Shown here piece after piece: positions 35,584-40,000 of a DNA stretch of 40,000 nt. This DNA is from Aeromonas phage D6. The stretch is from the sequence record MN131137.2. One strand, 5' to 3'. How positions within the stretch are numbered: position 1 is the first letter of the stretch; every line of letters starts with the position of its first letter. Below the pieces are notes generated by a model. That model did not search any database and was not told the DNA's origin. It was given only the letters and a program-made list of their open reading frames with translations. Position numbers and translations under genes: made by a program.

Positions 35584-35755
35584 GTACAGTAAGCTGGACA
35601 CAGAGAAACTGATCGCGGAACTCAAAAGCCGTGGTTACGTACTCGTAGCAAGTCCTGGTAAAGGAGAACGTCCTCCCGCACCTAAACCTATCGACCGTGG
35701 GTGCAGTTGCCACTGTGGTCGTTGTCGCCGTTACCAAACCGGCGCAACTCGTTAA
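35576..35755 (+). CDS. small Cys-rich protein (59 aa), absent from the supplied ORF track
   Basis: ATG 35576 overlaps upstream TGA; MTEYSKLDTEKLIAELKSRGYVLVASPGKGERPPAPKPIDRGCSCHCGRCRRYQTGATR. Confidence 0.7.
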   Translation: MTEYSKLDTEKLIAELKSRGYVLVASPGKGERPPAPKPIDRGCSCHCGRCRRYQTGATR

Positions 35756-35762
35756 CTGTAGG

Positions 35763-35791
35763 GGAGGGGTCCTTCGGGACCTCTTCCTTAT
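35763..35791 (+). terminator. probable terminator with UUCG loop
   Basis: GGAGGGGTCC TTCG GGACCTCTTCC imperfect (G:U) stem followed by ttatat. Confidence 0.65.
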
Positions 35792-35803
35792 ATAGGAGCA
35801 TTA

Positions 35804-36111
35804 TAATGTCCAAAGAAGGTTCAGTCCCCACGAAGAACTTAAAAGAAGTCGACAGTCAGTCACTGATTGACGAACTCAAGTCACGTGGCTATGAAATCAC
35901 CAAGAAAGCAAAGAGAACTACCTGGGAACAGATTCAGGAACATCTCCATCGTGAGCCCCCTGAATTTCCCAAGACAACTGGTGCGTCAGGTCTTCGACCA
36001 AAGGTGACCATTTGCCGTTGTAACCACATTCTCTGTGATCGTTGTTTCCCTAGGAACACACCCACTAAGTGTCGTTGCAAACACGCACTATGTCCTTTGT
36101 GCAATCCATAA
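35804..36111 (+). CDS. small protein with CxC/CxxC cysteine clusters, putative Zn-binding (102 aa)
   Basis: ATG 35804; ...ICRCNHILCDRCFPRNTPTKCRCKHALCPLCNP; two repeats of CRCxHxLCxxC. Confidence 0.75.
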
Positions 36112-36116
36112 TCGCG

Positions 36117-36136
36117 ACAGGGAGATTACTCCCTGT
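36117..36136 (+). terminator. possible terminator hairpin
   Basis: ACAGGGAG ATTA CTCCCTGT; weak T-tract. Confidence 0.5.
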
Positions 36137-36193
36137 TTACAAAACTGTATTCTTACTGTGATCAGAATGTGTTAGAGAGCAATGTTTTGTAAC

Positions 36194-36213
36194 CCAATAT
36201 TATTAGGGTAAAA
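36194..36213 (+). promoter_or_regulatory. putative phage promoter element
   Basis: CCAATATTATTAGGGTAAAA upstream of the helicase gene. Confidence 0.5.
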
Positions 36214-36254
36214 CACTTTAACCATATTTGTGTCCAAGTAGAGGTTTACGACAG

Positions 36255-38840
36255 ATGAGAAAAACGCTTGTTATATACAAGGCGCATGCTTATGCTCGTC
36301 TGACCGGCTTTAAACCTGAACTCGTCAAAGAAGTATTAATACCGTTCTGTAAACAAAACTTCTATCGGTTTCAGAAAGTACCTGGTGAGACCTTCGGGAC
36401 TACCAAGTGGGAAGTCAGTCATGTCTTCGCTAGATTCAACAGCGATAAGACAGAGTTGCGCTTTAATGCATCAATGATAGAGAACTTGGTCAACTACATG
36501 ACTGCACGTGGCTATAACAAATCACGTATCGTTATTGAAGAAGAACCAGAAATCGTTCCGGTCAAGAAGAATCATGAACTACTACAAGCTGGGATAGGTC
36601 CTCGCAACGAACTCCAAGAAGAGTTTGTGAAGTTCATGGTTGAATCGCTTGGATTGGTCACCAACAACATGGGAACAGGGCAGGGTAAGCTCGCCAGCCT
36701 ATCTGGGAAGGTTAAAATCCCTGGTGGTTGGACCACGATGGGTGAAATTAAGAAAGGAGATATTGTTACTGCGTGGGATGGAACGCCAACCGAAGTACTC
36801 GAGATTTATCCCCAAGGTGTGAAGGATATTTATGAGTTTACTTTTAGTGATGGCCGGAAAGCCGAAGCGGGTCTCGAACATTTATGGAAAGTCTTTGACT
36901 GTAGTAAACGTCCTCATCTCCGCGATGAAGTCATTACCACAGAAGAGATAATCCGTAGGTTAGGGAAAGCGCAGCCCAGGTTGTATATCCCCCTGCTTAA
37001 GCCTGAAGTGACACCTGACGTAGAACTACCTTTAGACCCCTGGGTTTACGGTGCGATGCTGGGCGATGGTTGCATGGTCCAAAATCGCTGTACGTTTACA
37101 AATGACGATCCGTTCGTTGTTAATAAACTCAGAGAAAGAGTGGGTGATACTCATAAGGTGATGCCGCTTCCTAATAAGAAACGATACGAATTTTTCCTGA
37201 CGCCCAAGTTTCACGATGGTATCAGTTTCGGGAAGCTGTTGTCTTTGTCGATGATTGACAGAGCGACAGCGTGTGATAAGAAAATCGATGAGCGATACAT
37301 GAATGCTTCACAAGAGCAGAAGTGGGAGCTTATCCGTGGCTTAATGGATACTGATGGATCCGCTGAAGTCGCACGCAAAGGTGATTCAGGTTGTCCCACC
37401 TTCAATACCAGTTCAGAAACCCTGGCTAAACAAATGCAGGAACTGATTTGGTCTTTGGGTGGTTGGTGCAAGATCACTTCCAGGATTCCAACCTACACTT
37501 ATAAGGGTGAGAAAAAAGAAGGTCAAAGAGCGTATCGTTGTTACATTCGCATCAATGACCCGAAACGTTGCTTCTCCCTCCCCCGCAAGAAGGATTTGGT
37601 TCCGGAAGAGTCCCAGTACTCCGAAAACCTGAAGCTCAGAATCATGGATGTCAAGCTAGTGCGTAAAGAAGAGGCGCAGTGCATCTCTATTGCTCACCCT
37701 GACAGACTGTACGTGTGTGATGACTACGTGGTTACACACAACACCTTCTGTGCTCTTTATAGCTCGTTCCTCATAGGAGAACGGATACTCATCACGGCAC
37801 TTCCAAGGTATGTAGATATCTGGGTCAAGGCATTCGGTGAGTTTTACAAGATAGCTGCTAACGAAATAATGTTGGCGGATACCTGTAACGTTCAAGACGT
37901 TCACCAAGCAATACTGAAAGGTGCGGATCCGAAGATCATTATTATCCCGTTAACCAAAATCGATATATACTTGAAGAAAATGAAGGAAGAACCTGAAACA
38001 ACGGTTAACCTTGATCAAGTGTTCAACGATCTTGGATGTGGAGTTCGTATCATCGACGAAGCACACGAGTCCATTTACTCTGTGTACCAATCGTTGTTGT
38101 ACGGCAACCATAAGAAGACCATGATACTTTCCGCTACCCTGAAAGGTGACGATGAATTTATCAACGGGATTTATAACCAGATCTTCCCGCAGAAGAGTTA
38201 TCTGAGGGCGACTGAGTACACCCAGTATATCAATGTCATTTCCTATCATTTCCGTATGGACATGTGGAAATACAAGATAAACACAAAGGGCTTTGGTGGA
38301 TATTCCCATGTGAAATTTGAGCAAGGGATACTGAAGAAACCTTATGTGATGGAAGAGTACTTCAAGATGTTGATGGGTGCGTACCGAGAGTACTTCACTG
38401 ATCACTATCGAGAAGGAATGAAATCGATGTGGTTCTTCGCCACAACAGAAATGTGTGAGAAGTTCAACGAGTATTTCATCTCTCAGAATCCTGGGGCCGA
38501 CTCTATCGTCTTTACAGCGGCTATAAGTAAGAAACAACCCACCGCATACCGGGAGCACGACAACGTTGTGACAACACCAGGTAGTTGCGGTACAGGTAAG
38601 GATATTCCGTACCTGTTCACTGTGTTTAGTCCGGTGTCTGTTTCATCCTCGCAACGGAATGACCAAATGGTTGGTCGAACACGTCCGGTTGATAAATGGT
38701 GGAGTGACCTCTTCCCATACTTCGTGTATTTCACATGTCGTGATGAACCGAAGCAACTTGACTACGACAAAAAGCGTCGAGGTCTCTTTGGTCGTAAGGC
38801 CAAAAAGATAGACGTGATAGATAGTGGTTTCCGTATATAA
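36255..38840 (+). CDS. SF2 helicase (UvsW-like) precursor interrupted by an intein (861 aa precursor, 510 aa after splicing)
   Basis: Split Walker A GTGQGK|T, DEAH box (RIIDEAHES), motif III LSATL, motif VI-like QRNDQMVGRTRP. ATG 36255 after gtagaggttt. Confidence 0.85.
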   Translation: MRKTLVIYKAHAYARLTGFKPELVKEVLIPFCKQNFYRFQKVPGETFGTTKWEVSHVFARFNSDKTELRFNASMIENLVNYMTARGYNKSRIVIEEEPEIVPVKKNHELLQAGIGPRNELQEEFVKFMVESLGLVTNNMGTGQGKLASLSGKVKIPGGWTTMGEIKKGDIVTAWDGTPTEVLEIYPQGVKDIYEFTFSDGRKAEAGLEHLWKVFDCSKRPHLRDEVITTEEIIRRLGKAQPRLYIPLLKPEVTPDVELPLDPWVYGAMLGDGCMVQNRCTFTNDDPFVVNKLRERVGDTHKVMPLPNKKRYEFFLTPKFHDGISFGKLLSLSMIDRATACDKKIDERYMNASQEQKWELIRGLMDTDGSAEVARKGDSGCPTFNTSSETLAKQMQELIWSLGGWCKITSRIPTYTYKGEKKEGQRAYRCYIRINDPKRCFSLPRKKDLVPEESQYSENLKLRIMDVKLVRKEEAQCISIAHPDRLYVCDDYVVTHNTFCALYSSFLIGERILITALPRYVDIWVKAFGEFYKIAANEIMLADTCNVQDVHQAILKGADPKIIIIPLTKIDIYLKKMKEEPETTVNLDQVFNDLGCGVRIIDEAHESIYSVYQSLLYGNHKKTMILSATLKGDDEFINGIYNQIFPQKSYLRATEYTQYINVISYHFRMDMWKYKINTKGFGGYSHVKFEQGILKKPYVMEEYFKMLMGAYREYFTDHYREGMKSMWFFATTEMCEKFNEYFISQNPGADSIVFTAAISKKQPTAYREHDNVVTTPGSCGTGKDIPYLFTVFSPVSVSSSQRNDQMVGRTRPVDKWWSDLFPYFVYFTCRDEPKQLDYDKKRRGLFGRKAKKIDVIDSGFRI
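36690..37742 (+). other. intein (351 aa) with LAGLIDADG homing endonuclease blocks, class 3-like (Leu1, WCT triplet)
   Basis: Block A LASLSGKVKIPGGWTTMGEIKKGDIV; block B AGLEHLW; endonuclease blocks WVYGAMLGDGC and LIRGLMDTDGSAE; block F AQCISI; block G DDYVVTHN|T. Removing it restores GTGQGKT. Confidence 0.9.
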
Positions 38841-38846
38841 AAGAAC

Positions 38847-38879
38847 TAGACTCTCAGGACTATGGGTCCTGAGAGTCTA
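38847..38879 (+). terminator. perfect 14-bp hairpin terminator
   Basis: TAGACTCTCAGGAC TATGG GTCCTGAGAGTCTA. Confidence 0.75.
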
Positions 38880-38895
38880 TCTATTTGGAGTTGGC

Positions 38896-39438
38896 ATGAT
38901 TCTGCAAAATTCCGGTAAGGGGAATTACTTTACCTTTTCATTTATCTTAACTGGTCGTTATGAACATCCCGTATCAAATGCGATAGGGTATGGACTGACA
39001 ACAATGATCAGTATGTACACAATGGACGAGACAGGCGAAGAAGTCACCTTGTCAAATCCATTCAACCGTGACGCAGCCAGATACATCATGGAAGATTATC
39101 TTCTCAACTATTACACTGCCAACAGTACGCTATCGGCTGCTCTTGATAGCGCCTGTAGCGAGTTGTTAGCGATAGTTGAAAGCCCCCAAGGTGATGAACT
39201 GGAAAACTTCTTGTGTCACTCATATGGAGTTACAGAGTGTTTTACCAGAGGTGAGGAACGGATCGTCAAACTGTTTATTAAGGAAGGTGGTATAGCATCT
39301 TCACTTGATGAGCTGGAATCTATCCAGGACAGCATGTTCCGGTATGATGAGTACGCTTCTGTCGTAGGTGGAGTAAGTTCTCCCTATTACTTCCTGGATA
39401 AAGGCCCTCCTGTTAATCTTGATGATATACCATTTTAA
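38896..39438 (+). CDS. hypothetical protein (180 aa)
   Basis: ATG 38896 after ttggagttgg; track start 38824 lies in the helicase gene. Confidence 0.7.
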   Translation: MILQNSGKGNYFTFSFILTGRYEHPVSNAIGYGLTTMISMYTMDETGEEVTLSNPFNRDAARYIMEDYLLNYYTANSTLSAALDSACSELLAIVESPQGDELENFLCHSYGVTECFTRGEERIVKLFIKEGGIASSLDELESIQDSMFRYDEYASVVGGVSSPYYFLDKGPPVNLDDIPF

Positions 39439-39461
39439 ACAAAACTAAATAAGGAGTCGTG

Positions 39462-39968
39462 ATGACTTTAGCTCAAGCATTCGCTGAGTTCAACCAGGTA
39501 GTTAATCCTATCCAGTTGTCACTCAACGTTCGTATACCGGATCTCCCCGAATATGTAGAGGGGATGAACTATCAGCAGATACTGATAGCGCTGGAAGGTG
39601 CATTTAACACTGTAGTGTCAGCAGCAGTTAATAATCAAGCTATTAACCCTGATTACGAAATGTTTGAAGAAGAGATCAGAGCCAACACGCTTGAACAATT
39701 GATGTCGAACGTGGACGCTGATACTGTTGATGTAGGACTGGGGTACGAATCCCAGTACGACTCACTAGTCAATAAACTGGCTATGGACATTACCGATGAT
39801 TACGATAATCCGGATGTTCAGGTAATGTACAACGAGATGTACAATGCAAGTTGGATGAGGATCAATCTGTACCACTACATGGACCGTGTCCAAGAACTCA
39901 GGTTGGTTGTGTCGTTCCATTACGATCAAGGACCTGGAACATTGAACGGTGTACCAGAAGTAGCATAA
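39462..39968 (+). CDS. hypothetical acidic protein (168 aa; GTG 39459 also possible)
   Basis: ATG after aaggagtc; MTLAQAFAEFNQVVNPIQLSLNV.... Confidence 0.8.
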   Translation: MTLAQAFAEFNQVVNPIQLSLNVRIPDLPEYVEGMNYQQILIALEGAFNTVVSAAVNNQAINPDYEMFEEEIRANTLEQLMSNVDADTVDVGLGYESQYDSLVNKLAMDITDDYDNPDVQVMYNEMYNASWMRINLYHYMDRVQELRLVVSFHYDQGPGTLNGVPEVA

Positions 39969-39976
39969 TGTAATTC

Positions 39977-40000
39977 ACCCTCTCCCACCAGGGAGAGGGT
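39977..40000 (+). terminator. terminator, shared stem family (at window edge)
   Basis: ACCCTCTCCC ACCA GGGAGAGGGT. Confidence 0.75.

Noticed and set aside
1-40000. tRNA genes, CRISPR arrays, transposons, restriction-modification genes
   Set aside because: No cloverleaf, regular repeat-spacer array, transposase or methyltransferase motif was found on manual reading; a tRNAscan-SE/HMM search would be needed to exclude them fully.

Overview
The window is a dense, almost entirely plus-strand gene block from a jumbo bacteriophage of the phiKZ-like, nucleus-forming type (probably a Pseudomonas host, by codon style). Landmarks read from the sequence: a PhuZ-type tubulin/FtsZ GTPase (FTGSGGTGSG plus an NxxxDxADI-like T7 loop); the C-terminal half of a family B DNA polymerase (KIFNNAQSGA, DTDSS and EIKGVHLKSS motifs, with no exonuclease domain or motif A); a very strongly codon-biased 662-aa protein whose position next to a split RNAP beta' N-terminal subunit (GADFDGDQM) matches the phage-nucleus shell protein chimallin (ChmA); RNAP beta C-terminal and beta' C-terminal subunits; an SbcD/Mre11-like phosphoesterase; a Gly/Asn-rich single-strand nucleic-acid-binding candidate with an SSB-like acidic tip; a 2H phosphoesterase resembling anti-CBASS Acb1; and an SF2 helicase. 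The most unusual element is a 351-aa intein inserted inside the helicase Walker A motif (GTGQGK|intein|T). It starts with Leu instead of Cys/Ser/Ala and carries the Trp-Cys-Thr signature of class 3 inteins plus LAGLIDADG-type endonuclease blocks. A repeated element (CAGATATTATTAGnGTGTAA-like) lies upstream of at least six transcription units and is a candidate phage-specific promoter. Several strong hairpin terminators, three sharing an ACCCTCTCCC/GGGAGAGGGT stem, separate the units. Only two genes are on the minus strand. All family calls come from motifs, gene order and memory; no database search was run.
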